From assembly GCF_016433145.1 (NCBI RefSeq), contig NC_058135.1, positions 165,257,439 through 165,321,438 on the forward strand: DNA of 64,000 bases, read 5' to 3'. The notes below the pieces were generated by a model. That model searched no databases. It saw only the letters and a list, made by a program, of their open reading frames with translations, and was not told the DNA's origin. Shown one piece after another: positions 48,466 to 59,103 of the stretch. The DNA comes from Gracilinanus agilis. Lineage: Eukaryota. Position numbers and translations under genes: made by a program. Numbering within the stretch: position 1 is the stretch's first letter; each line of letters starts with the position of its first letter.

Positions 48466-49929
48466 GGCTCAAATTCTTTCTAGCTTTGTGACCCTAGACA
48501 AGTCATTTAACCTATTTGAGTCCAAGTTTCCTCTATAGTATAGTGGTAATAATAGCATCCACCTTATAGGGTAATTAAAAGATAAAATGAAATAGTATAT
48601 AAAGACTGGTTTACAAACATTAAAGTTATATTTAATTGTTTTGTTACTACTATTACTATTGTGGACCTATTGTGATTTCTTGAGGTTGTTATGAGTCACA
48701 TTTCTTTGTTTAATCTTGTTCCTTTGGGGAATTTAAACATCTTTTCACCTGTGTAGATATATGTTTTAACAATTTGTATTTTCTCATTTTAGATTGTCTG
48801 TTTATGTCCTTTAATTGTTACTCCACTTAGAAGATATATTAGTTTCATAGTTGTGTTTCAATTCTTTGTGAATTCTCAATAATTATGTATTTACTATAAA
48901 TATTCCCTCTCATTCTATTTCTTTTCTTTATTTTTACAGGTATTGTTTGGTGTGGTGAAAATCCTTGAATCTTTATCTTCTAGTCCATCCATTTTTCTCT
49001 AATCACCTTTTACATTTGTTGAATTGAAAAAACTATTTTCCCTCACCTATCGTATTGCTTGCATTCTCAGGGGATAGAAGAACTGAAGAGAGGAAGAGAA
49101 TTTGGTACTGAAAATAAAAATGAAAATTTTTTTAAAATTTTGTCCACAGTTATGACAAATATAATACTGCATTTCCCTCTAAAATTTTAACTAATGCATA
49201 TAATCCATTTTTATTTTTATTTTTAGGCCTATCTTTTCTTCATTCTAAAGAAGAGAATACAGACTTGTTATTTTATTTATATAAATTTAACAAAATAACA
49301 ATAAAATTCCTTTATTTTATGTTAATTTTTTCATCAAATAAAGGTATTCCTTTGACCTAACACAGTGCCCTAAAACATATTTAGTTTTCATCAAATATTG
49401 ATTGATTGATGGGAGCTTCCCATAGATTACCTTACTCCTATTCCTTTTCCCTTGGGTTTATATTTCCCCATATTTTCTGTTTGTCTGAACTGCCCTTCTG
49501 AAATATTTAATGTTAGCTAATACAACATTCTGAAGATTCTCATATAGTTGGCAACTAATATGTCCATTTGAGAAATTTGGCTTGTTCTTTCTTTTGGGGC
49601 CAGTATTATTGAAAGATTCCTTGAAAATGGAAATTCTGCAAAATTTTCAAAGTCTGGATGCTTTTCAAATTTCTGTTTCTCTTGCTATGGTGCATTTTCT
49701 GAAATCATTCCTTATACCTAGAAACTCCACCAAGAAGATCTCCACCCATCCTTATAATAACACTTTAAGGGTGTAAGTTTACAAGTTTTATGGTTCCAAC
49801 CCTTAAAAAAATTTAAGACTTCTTTACAACAAACCTGCATATGTAAATAGGGCAGATGATATCCTCATTTTGCAGATAAAGAAACTGAGGCCTTGAGAGG
49901 TTGTACCTTACCCTTTCCTGGATCATCAT

Positions 49930-51110
49930 ACTTTTCTTGCCCACTAAATGTCATCCTCCTCCAAAGTTTTGTCCTGAGTTATCTTCTCTATCTCCAACCT
50001 CACTTGTATTGATCTCTTTAGCTTCATAGGCTCTATGATCATTTCTATGTGGATGATTCCCAAATCCATACATTTAATCCTAATCTTGTTCCTGGAACAG
50101 CATTGGCAAACATTTTTAAGTTCGTGTGCCCGAACTGCAACTTCAAGTTCTTGTGAGCCCCATCCCCACCCCTGCATTACCCTGGAGAGCATAGGGAGGA
50201 AGTGCTCACTTTGGACAGCTAGACAGAGGAGCAGGGCATGCAAAAAAAGTCCTCAGGTACTAGGAAGAGGGGGGATGGAGTAACTCCCTCCAGCCGACTC
50301 AGCACACATGCCAATACTTGTTGTTCTAGACTCTAATTCTATTTTACCAACTTCTTCCTTCATAGTTCCAATTCAATATTCCAATAGGCAATAAAAATCC
50401 AGCAGGTTCAAGCTCACCAATCTTTGCCATTTCACTTGACACCACTACCGTCCTTCTAGTCTCTGAGATTTATAATCATGGAGTTGTCTTAGGCTCCTGT
50501 TCCTTATCTTCACTATCCTATCAGTTGCCAAAATGTGTTAATTTTCTTTTTTACAATATGTATCATATCTGTCTTCTCCAACTCACATAGCATCTACCCT
50601 AATTCAAGCCCTCATCACTCCTCTCTAAGAATATTGCAACTGCTTCCTAATTAATTTCCTTGTCTCCAGTCTTTCCCTCTTTTAATTCATCCTTCACACA
50701 ACTGCCAAATGGATATTCCTAAAGTCTATATATAAGCATGTCTCTTCTCTCCTGAAAAACCTAAATCACTCCATATTAACCATAGGATAAACTACAGAAT
50801 AATTTTGCATTGAAAATCCTCCCTAATCTGGTTCCCATCTGATTTGCCAATTCCCTACCCCCCAATATTATTCCCTTTCATGAACTCTCTCAGTCAGATA
50901 AGCCAGTGAGCTATTCACCATATATAATATTCTATCTTACACCTCTGCACATATATCCATTATATCCAAAAGTAATTTTAATGTTAAATAATGTGAAAAG
51001 AAAAGGCATAAGTCAAACATATTCTTAAAATCATGTAAGCTTTTTTGAGAGTGTGGACAATTTTGTTTATATCTTTGTATCCCCAGAACCTAGCACAGTA
51101 CCTTTCACAT
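49930..51110 (+). mobile_element. L2 LINE (RT to 3' end), interrupted at about 50112-50340
   Basis: RT YADD-like segment (tctatgtggatgattcccaaatc) and an L2 3' terminus at about 51020-51110. Confidence 0.75.
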
Positions 51111-51119
51111 TTTTAGTCA

Positions 51120-51362
51120 CTTTCAATTGTTTCTGCTTCTTCACTATCCCATTTGGGGTTTTCTTGACCAAAGATACTGGAGTGGTTTGTCATTTCCTTC
51201 TTTAGCTCATTTTAAAGATGAGGAAACTGAGGCAAACAGGGTTTAGTGACTTGCCCAAAGTCACACAGCTAGTATGAGTCTGAAGCTAGTTTTGAATTTA
51301 GGAAGATGAGTCTTCCTGACTCCAAGCCCAGCACTTTAACCCCTGAGCCACCTAGTTGCCCC
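51120..51362 (-). mobile_element. MAR1-type SINE
   Basis: Reverse RTE tail, CORE and ggggcaactaggtggctc head. Confidence 0.88.
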
Positions 51363-51671
51363 TTCTCACATGGAATATGCATTTAACAAATATTTCTTGA
51401 ACTGAATTAGCTGTGGTTGCATAATTAACAAGTTTCTGAATCACGGTTCAAACCCAGATTTCCTAAATCCAAGACCTATCCTCTTGTCTACTTGCTTGTG
51501 CTATCTCTTATCTGGTATAGCTGGTACTTCATACTACATGTTTTCTATTTCTTTGAATAATTACATTATTTTTATGTCTCTATTTCTCTCAGTTGGGTTG
51601 GCTGTTATAAGCCTATTTTTGTTTGGTTCTATAAATTCTTCTGGGTTTTCTAATTTATTTTCTATATTGAT

Positions 51672-52330
51672 TTTTTTCTGTTTTTTAAAATTTAATTAAT
51701 TAATTAATTGAGAATATTTTTCCATGGTTACATGATTCATGTTCTTCCCCTCCCCTACACACCCCCCTCCCATAGCCAATAAGCAATTTCACTGGGTTTT
51801 ACATGTGTCATTGATCAAGACCTATTTCCATATTATTAATATTTGCGCTAGAGTGATCATTTAGAGCAGTGATTCCCAAAGTGGACACTACTGCCCCCTG
51901 GTGGGTGCTGCAGTGATCCAGAGAGGCGGTGATGGCCACAGGTGCATTTATCTTTCCTATTAATTGCTATTAAAATTTTAAAAAAAATTAATTTCCAGGG
52001 GGCTAAGTAATATTTTTTTCTGGAAAGGGAGAGGTAGGCCAAAAAAGTTTGGGAACCACTGATTTAGAGTCTACATCCTCAATCATATCCCCATCCAACC
52101 ATGTGATTAAGCAGTTGTTTTCTTCTGTGTTTCTGCTCCCACAGTTCTTTCTCTGGATGTGGGTAGTGTTCTTTCTCATAAGTCCCTCAGAAATGTCTTT
52201 GATCAGTGCATTGCTGTCCATTACATTCGATTGTGCCACAGTGTATCTGTTTCTGTGTATAATGTTCTCCTGGTTCTATTCTTTTCACTCTGCAGCCATT
52301 CCTAGAGTGGCCTTTTTCTTTATCATTTGC
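51672..52330 (-). mobile_element. L1 3' end, interrupted by a MITE
   Basis: L1 3'UTR continues on both sides of the MITE target-site duplication. Confidence 0.85.
51867..52061 (+). mobile_element. hAT/Charlie-type MITE, copy 1 (195 bp)
   Basis: TIRs CAGTGATTCCCAAA / TTTGGGAACCACTG; perfect 8-bp TSD atttagag (51859-51866, 52062-52069) with central TA. Confidence 0.96.
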
Positions 52331-52639
52331 TACCATTTTTTTTCTTTCCTACATTTTAACTTGATTTCCTTCTATAACTACTTACTTTCTTTAAGTTCTT
52401 CAATTTTGTCTTGAGATTTTCTTTCTAGTGTTAGTTCTTGCTTTATTTGAGAGGATCTCTGTATTTCTACCCCCTGCTTTGTATCTAGTACTTTTAGCTT
52501 GATAGTCTTTTAAAAAATTATATTGATACTTCTTTGCTTATGTCTAATTTTCATTGTGATTTCTTGACCATTTGCCTTCTCCTTAATGCTTCTATTCAGT
52601 TTTGTTTATTTATGTAAGAGGTATTGAAGAGCCAACCAC

Positions 52640-52835
52640 CCTTCAAAACTCTTAGCTTGCCATCTTGATTTATCTGCAAATTTGATATTCACTCCATTTA
52701 TGCCTTTCTCCAAATTAGTAATAAAAATGTTAAGCAACACAGGGACAAAGAAAACTCCCTGGAGTACTGTATTGGAATCTACCCTTGAGATTAATGCTGA
52801 ATGGTTAATGACTACTTTCTAAATTATATTATTCA
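52640..52835 (-). mobile_element. L3/CR1 RT fragment
   Basis: Antisense FADD-like segment (tatctgcaaatttgat) and GVPQGS-like segment. Confidence 0.7.
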
Positions 52836-53089
52836 ACCAGTTCTAAGGGAGTCCTAGAACCACGCTGAACCATCTCCTAAGAGTCTATTGTTTAATTTTC
52901 AGTATGAGCATTTATACCTTAGAAATTTGCAAAGGCTATAAATCAGGGTTTGATTTATTATGTTATTGATTTCTATACTTAAGAAAGTGATGGAGAAAAT
53001 GTTAATAGTGTAGACTAAATCCAAATTGTATTATATATAAACCCTGCCTCCCCCCAGCCAGTTGTTAAATATTTACCAGCAGACCACTG
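52835..53089 (-). mobile_element. MER63-like hAT-Blackjack MITE remnant
   Basis: Terminus agccagttgttaaatatttaccagcagaccactg matches the reverse of the MER63 end as I recall it (CAGTGGTGTGCTGGTAAATGTTTAACAACCGG). Confidence 0.65.
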
Positions 53090-53131
53090 AGACTCCAAAT
53101 CCAACTGGTCGTGCTTCCATATATCCTATAT

Positions 53132-53324
53132 CAGTGGTTCCCAAACTTTTTTGGCCTATTGCCCCCTTTCCAGAAAAAATATTACTTAGCGCCCCCTGGA
53201 AATTGTGAAACTATTTATTGAACTAAGAATAGAATGTAATACAAAAAAAGTGTGGCCATCACCACCTCCCTGGATTGCTGCAGCACCCACCAGAGGGCGG
53301 AGGCGCCCACTTTGGGAATCACTG
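53132..53324 (-). mobile_element. hAT/Charlie-type MITE, copy 2 (193 bp), inverted relative to copy 1
   Basis: TIRs CAGTGGTTCCCAAA / TTTGGGAATCACTG; perfect 8-bp TSD tcctatat (53124-53131, 53325-53332). Confidence 0.96.
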
Positions 53325-54646
53325 TCCTATATCTAGCTATCTATTTATCTTTCTCATAAGAATGTTATATGTTTTGCTGACATGTAAGTGTATTATGGTT
53401 ATAGAAATTCTCTGATCTAGCCCTCTAGTAATCCCATGAAAAGGAATAAGACTTGATCGTTTCTGGTATAGAGATAGCCTAGTTAGAGAAGAAAGCATAG
53501 CTGAGACATAAAATTTAAGATAAAATTTTAACATATAAATACCGAGGATGTCAAGTATATACCTTAGAGCCCACTGACAGTTTCTCTTCTATTTTAAAAA
53601 GTCATTGTGGATAACCAAAGAAGCAAATGAATGCCTTTTGTAGTTAGAGCAAAATGTATAATTTCTGTGTCATTTTCAGATCTGTGATGTGGAACTGATG
53701 ATAGCCTTAACCTTTTTGGAGAGGTCAGGTATATGATGATGCTTTTTTTCACCAGGTTAAAAATAAATGGAGTTTTAGCCAGAGTTTTAATGAGATGAAA
53801 AAAGGCATCCTTTTCTCTTAGATGAGAGAGCTCTTTGCCTATTAACCCACTCCTTTGGAGACACTGGAAAAGCAATAAGTTTTGAATTACTTCTGCAACA
53901 GCTGCAACGGTTTCCTCATCTGACACCAGACAAGACTGTTGCTGCTCCTGCCAATCACAACCAACTCCTCTTAGTTGAAAAGTTGAAGCCTTAGTCCCCT
54001 TTTTTGTTCTTCCACCTTATTTTAAACATCACTAACTGCATGCCTAATGGGCATTTTATTTTTTCTCTTATAGATTCAAACTGCCTGGGCCTTAGACTTG
54101 GGAAGGTCTAAGTGAGTTAGACCTCAAGCGGGGTTATTTACAAGTTTATTTGATTATTCTTTTTCACTTTACCTAAATGGTACCCAAAAAATTCCCCAGG
54201 CAGTTATTGAGGAGAGGCCTTTCCCTACCCACTTGACAGAGAATCTCTAGAGAATCTCTTATCTACTGTCTAAGTTGGAATGAGTGACTTTCTTTAAACT
54301 TATCCCCATCTCAGAGATAGGCATTTCTACATTTCACACCAGTTTTCTAATGTTGGCGAACCACTCTTTATTGGTTCTTTTGCATCCCATTATGCCCTAT
54401 GTGCAAATTTCCCTGAAGCCTTTGTAAACCTCAAAGAGGTCCCAAAACACTGGTGGGAGGAAGACACAAGCAGTGAGTTTCCTGACAACATTCCTGCCTG
54501 CCATTGAAGCAAAGCTCTTATACTTGGATTAAGAGATGATGTAAGAAATTGCAACAAGGATATGTGTAACCAAAGAAAAAAGAAAAAAAGATGTTGTACT
54601 CTTGTAAGTACCACAATACCTATGAATAATTGAAAGCTAGAGGAAA

Positions 54647-54823
54647 GGGACAGGTAGATGGCTCAGGGGATAGAGAGCCAGACCTAGAGATAGGAGGTCC
54701 TGGGGTCAAATGTGACCTCAGGCACTTCTTAGCTGTGTGACCTTGGGCAAGTCACTTAGCTTAATTGCCTAGCCCTTACCATTCTTCTGCCTTGGAACCA
54801 ATTAACAGCATTGATTCTAAGAT

Positions 54824-54825
<2 letters not shown>
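54647..54825 (+). mobile_element. SINE1_Mdo-like SINE whose tail runs into (GA)n
   Basis: Head, CORE and hairpin, then a direct transition to (GA)n. Confidence 0.88.
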
Positions 54826-54913
<88 letters not shown>

Positions 54914-55337
54914 AAGAAANNNNNNNNNNNNNNNNNNNNNNNNNNNNNNNNNNNNNNNNNNNNNNNNNNNNNNNNNNNNNNNNNNNNNNNNNNNNNNNNN
55001 NNNNNNNNNNNNNNNNNNNNNNNNNNNNNNNNNNNNNNNNNNNNNNNNNNNNNNNNNNNNNNNNNNNNNNNNNNNNNNNNNNNNNNNNNNNNNNNNNNNN
55101 NNNNNNNNNNNNNNNNNNNNNNNNNNNNNNNNNNNNNNNNNNNNNNNNNNNNNNNNNNNNNNNNNNNNNNNNNNNNNNNNNNNNNNNNNNNNNNNNNNNN
55201 NNNNNNNNNNNNNNNNNNNNNNNNNNNNNNNNNNNNNNNNNNNNNNNNNGGAAGGAAGGGAGGAAGGGAGGAAGGAAGGAAGGAAGGAAGGAAGGAAGGA
55301 AGGAAGGAAGGAAGGAAGGAAGGAAGGAAGGAAGGAA
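54826..55337. repeat. (GA)n and (GGAA)n purine tracts flanking the assembly gap
   Basis: (GA)n/(GAAA)n at 54826-54919; (GGAA)n at 55250-55337. Confidence 0.97.
54920..55249. other. Assembly gap (330 N)
   Basis: Run of N. Confidence 1.
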
Positions 55338-56432
55338 AGGAGAAAAAGAAAGGATAACCTAAGTGCTTCAATGGCCTCCTTGAAATAGGTCTAGAAGAAG
55401 AGAAAGGCTTCCTGTATGGGAACTAGCTCTTCTTAGGAAGATTTATGGAGAGACACAGACAAGAAGCACACAGTATGAGAAAGGGTGGATGGCTTGATAT
55501 CTGCCCTGGTACCTGGCCCTCTGTGCTCATACCAGTAAGGTCAGGGATCCACCAGAGTACATTCTGTTTGAAGAAAGAATTTCATCAAACAGTTGGGAAA
55601 AATAGGCAGTCTTGCTTTTTATATGTTTCTTATAACATCTGAGCATGCCAGTGATATTCTGGGCAATCAGGCTTGGCATTTATGTAGAACACCTGTCTCA
55701 CAGGGTCTCCAAGTACACTGCAGTCAGAGAACAAGAGGGAGCATCACTTGTTTTGCCCATCTTTCATGCTGTCTCTTTATTTCTGGAAAATCAATCTATT
55801 GTAATCTTGAAAAGCATAGCTTCCTCCCGAATTGGAAATGACCCTACTGTGAAATTTTTTAAAAGGCCAAACAATAAAAGAATCATAATACACGTCACCA
55901 GAAGGGGCCCCTGGCTGCTGCTGCCCTTACTAGTCTGTCTCCTTCTTCCAGACATTGCAAATGGCTTTTGTTTGTCTGCCAAATTCTGCCTGCCTCCTGA
56001 TCCTTGGGGAAGAAAGAGCAGACATTACCAGAGTCCTTTGGCTGCGAAGCGAATGCCAGAATCTGTGAGCTCAGGAATCTATGAGGAAAAGCTTCAGCAA
56101 GTAAACTCAAGGAAAACAATAAGTGGTAATTCCTTCATGTAAACAGGCTCAGCACCGTGTTTTGTTCGGTCTGGGCCTCTGTGGCTGCTTTTGTGGGTAC
56201 AAAGATTCCTTGTTCTCTAATTTCTTTTCTAAGAAAGTCACCAAGGGATTATGGTGAGAAAGCATACGGAAGGCAAAGCCAGCTGGAATGATAGGAAAGC
56301 TGTGTAAAAAACTTGGATCAGTTCCACTTCTGTGTAATGCACTTTTCAGACAGCCTGGGTGTCCCAGAGTGGAGACTGGTTCTTTGCAAGATGTAGAGTT
56401 CTGACTGAGGTAGTTTAGTTATATCCAGGAGA

Positions 56433-56645
56433 GTTGGGAGGCACAGTGGATAGAGCACTGGGATATGGCCTCAGGCATTCTTAATTGTGTGACCCCAGGC
56501 AAGTCACTTAACCCTGTTTGTCCCAGTTCCTTCATCTATAAAATGAGCTAGAGAAGGAAATGGCTAACAACTGTAATCATTTTTGCCAAGAAAACCTCCA
56601 AATGAGGGGTCACAAAGAATTGGACACAACTGAAACGACTGAACA
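56433..56645 (+). mobile_element. MAR1-type SINE
   Basis: Head, CORE and RTE tail ending ggacacaactgaaacgactgaac. Confidence 0.85.
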
Positions 56646-57574
56646 AGAAGAACAAAAGTTGTATTCAGAAAACATGTGTGTATCACCTTGGGAAATGGAA
56701 AAGGAATCAGAACTGATCACTTCCCTTTTTTCAAACAACTATATCCAAGAAATTTCCATTAATACTGATCAAATGTACTATTAAATTATTTTAGGACCAA
56801 GTGACAAATATTAACTCACTTCACCTCATAACCTTTTCTAGAAGGAGATTAGTATTCCCAAAAGAGAAAATGAGAAACTAAGAAAAGGTTCATTATCTAA
56901 AATTGGAAGGTCCCTCAAAGGCTTTCTAGTCCCACCTCTGCATTTTACAATGAGGAAACTGAGGCATAGGAAGGTTAAGCAACTTACCCAGGAATATATG
57001 AGTGTCAGAGGTGAGATTTGAAACCAGACCCTCAGATTCCAGAGCCAGTGTCCTTTCTAGTGTATCATGCTTCTTCTTCCTCTGCTTTGTCATTTTAGTC
57101 CTTGGATAAATACTGTCAAATGCCAGTTGTCCTTAAAGTCACCATAAAAGTTCAAAAAGAGTTCCTCCTTATGATGCTGGAAAAGTCTTTACTTTCTAGA
57201 TCTATTATCGATGTCCTAAAACTGAAGCCCCTATTGAACCAGTAAGAAAAGCCAAATGAGGAGGATAGGTTGTATATAGAAATGGCACTGTTCCCAGCGA
57301 CTGCCTGGAACCAAATACTGGACATCCCAACCAATAAGCTTCAGGTAAAAACTTTATGTATTTTTGAAACTCTCTACTCCCTCTGAGTGTCCAGAATTTC
57401 TTCAGTATAGCTACACTCTTCTCTAGTGCAGATCACAGCCTCTGTCATGCCTTTGAAAGGGTCTTCATGAATTATGACTAAAAAATTTCATCACTTACTG
57501 TTCATCACTGAAGGCAGCTGGTGGTATAGTGAATAGAGCACCTGGCTGGAAATCAGGAAATCTTTGTTGATCAG

Positions 57575-57636
57575 TCATTTTCAATTATATCCGATTCTTT
57601 GTGACCCCGTTTGAAATTTTTCTTTTTTTCTTTTTC

Positions 57637-57669
<33 letters not shown>

Positions 57670-57830
57670 AGCAAAGACACTGGAAGAGTTTGTCATTTCC
57701 TTCTCCAGCTCGTTTGACAGATAAGGAAACAGACAAACAGGGTTAGGTGATTTATCCAGGGTCACATCGCTAATAAATGTCTCAAGCCAGATTTAAACTC
57801 AGAAAGATGAATCTTTCTGACTTCAGGACT
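57575..57830 (-). mobile_element. MAR1-type SINE with a (CTTTT)n expansion
   Basis: Reverse RTE tail split by a pyrimidine expansion at about 57615-57668. Confidence 0.8.
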
Positions 57831-58939
57831 TGCAGACTATCCATTCCCCAAGTTCAAATATGGGCTCAAACACTTCTTCATTGTATGGCCCTGAGCAAGT
57901 CATTTAAACTTCTCTTTGCCCTAGTTTCCTCAATTATAAAATGAGGATAATAATGCCTCCCTCAAAGAGTGAGATAATCTTTTTAAAACACTCAGCCTGG
58001 TACCTGAGATAGAGTAGGTACTATATCATAAAAATGTTTATTCACTTCTCTTAATGTCCAATCTTGGGGCGACCAGCATTTATAAACTTCTCTAGGCCAG
58101 GCTTTGGCAATGGGCTTACAGTCCATATAGCCAGGCCAGTACTCAAAAGCCTTTCTACCTTTGTAGAATTTACTAGAGTTTGTGTTCTGCTGTCACAGTT
58201 TTTAAAAAGCCAAGATCATCTATATATCATTATGAGGCATCAGAGTAGGTCTCTGGCATAAAATCCACAAATATGTATTTCTGTTTCCAGAGGGGGCCTG
58301 TGATTTCAGGGGTAGAGGGTTAGCAATGGGGACAAATTGATAATCTGTTCTGAAATTCACAATCTCCGAGAGTTTCTGAGGACACTGAGAAATTCAGTGA
58401 CTTGCCTGAAGTAACGTAGACAATATGTGTGAGAAATTAGACTTGGCTCTAGGACTTAATGAATCTGAGGCCAGCCTTCCAGCCAATCCACCATGCTACC
58501 TCTCATGTGAAAATGTATTTATATAAATTTATGCACATACTTGATATATTACTTGAACAATATCCTCCAAAATGAAAATGTTTTAAAATATGCATCCCAA
58601 AAGATTAAAATTTATCAATAGTTCTTAGTCTTCTCTGGTCTCTGAGAACTCTCATTTAACCAACCTCTTAGAGCAGGGAAATATTTTGAAGGTAGATTCC
58701 AGGATGGAAAACTGCCCAGAGCACTGCATCAACTACCTGATGTCTGAAGCCATTTTTCCAGGAAGCAGCCCTGGTCAAGATGGAACATGGTAACTGCTCC
58801 TACATCTATTAAAGACCCAGAAAGACCGTGACACCATTGGATGGCTCACCATCAGAAAATTATATGAATTTATTAGGGGAAATAACATTAAAGAAGAGGC
58901 ATTACCACCCACTTTGCCACTGAACCCTAAGGACTATGA

Positions 58940-59103
58940 GACCATTCCATCTGACTTGCACCTGAAATCTTCTATATATTTGTGAGCTCCTTAAGAAAAG
59001 GGACTGTCATACTTTTATTTGTATACCCAGCACTAAGCACAGTACTTTGTAGATAGTAAGTGTTTAATAAATGCTTCATTCATTCATTCATTCATTCATT
59101 CAC
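58940..59103 (+). mobile_element. L2 3' terminus with (CATT)n tail
   Basis: gtgagctccttaagaaaagggactg...gcacagtac...aataaatgct(tcat)n. Confidence 0.8.

Noticed and set aside
51859-53332. Composite transposon formed by the two MITEs
   Set aside because: Each copy has its own TSD (atttagag vs tcctatat), so they inserted independently.
53594-53926. 110-aa - strand ORF (VSDEETVAAVAEVIQNLLL...)
   Set aside because: GTG start, no recognisable homology or flanking splice architecture.
54765-55388. Long ORFs (207, 183 and 184 aa) with ER/RE and EGRK repeats
   Set aside because: Artefacts of the (GA)n and (GGAA)n tracts and the N gap.
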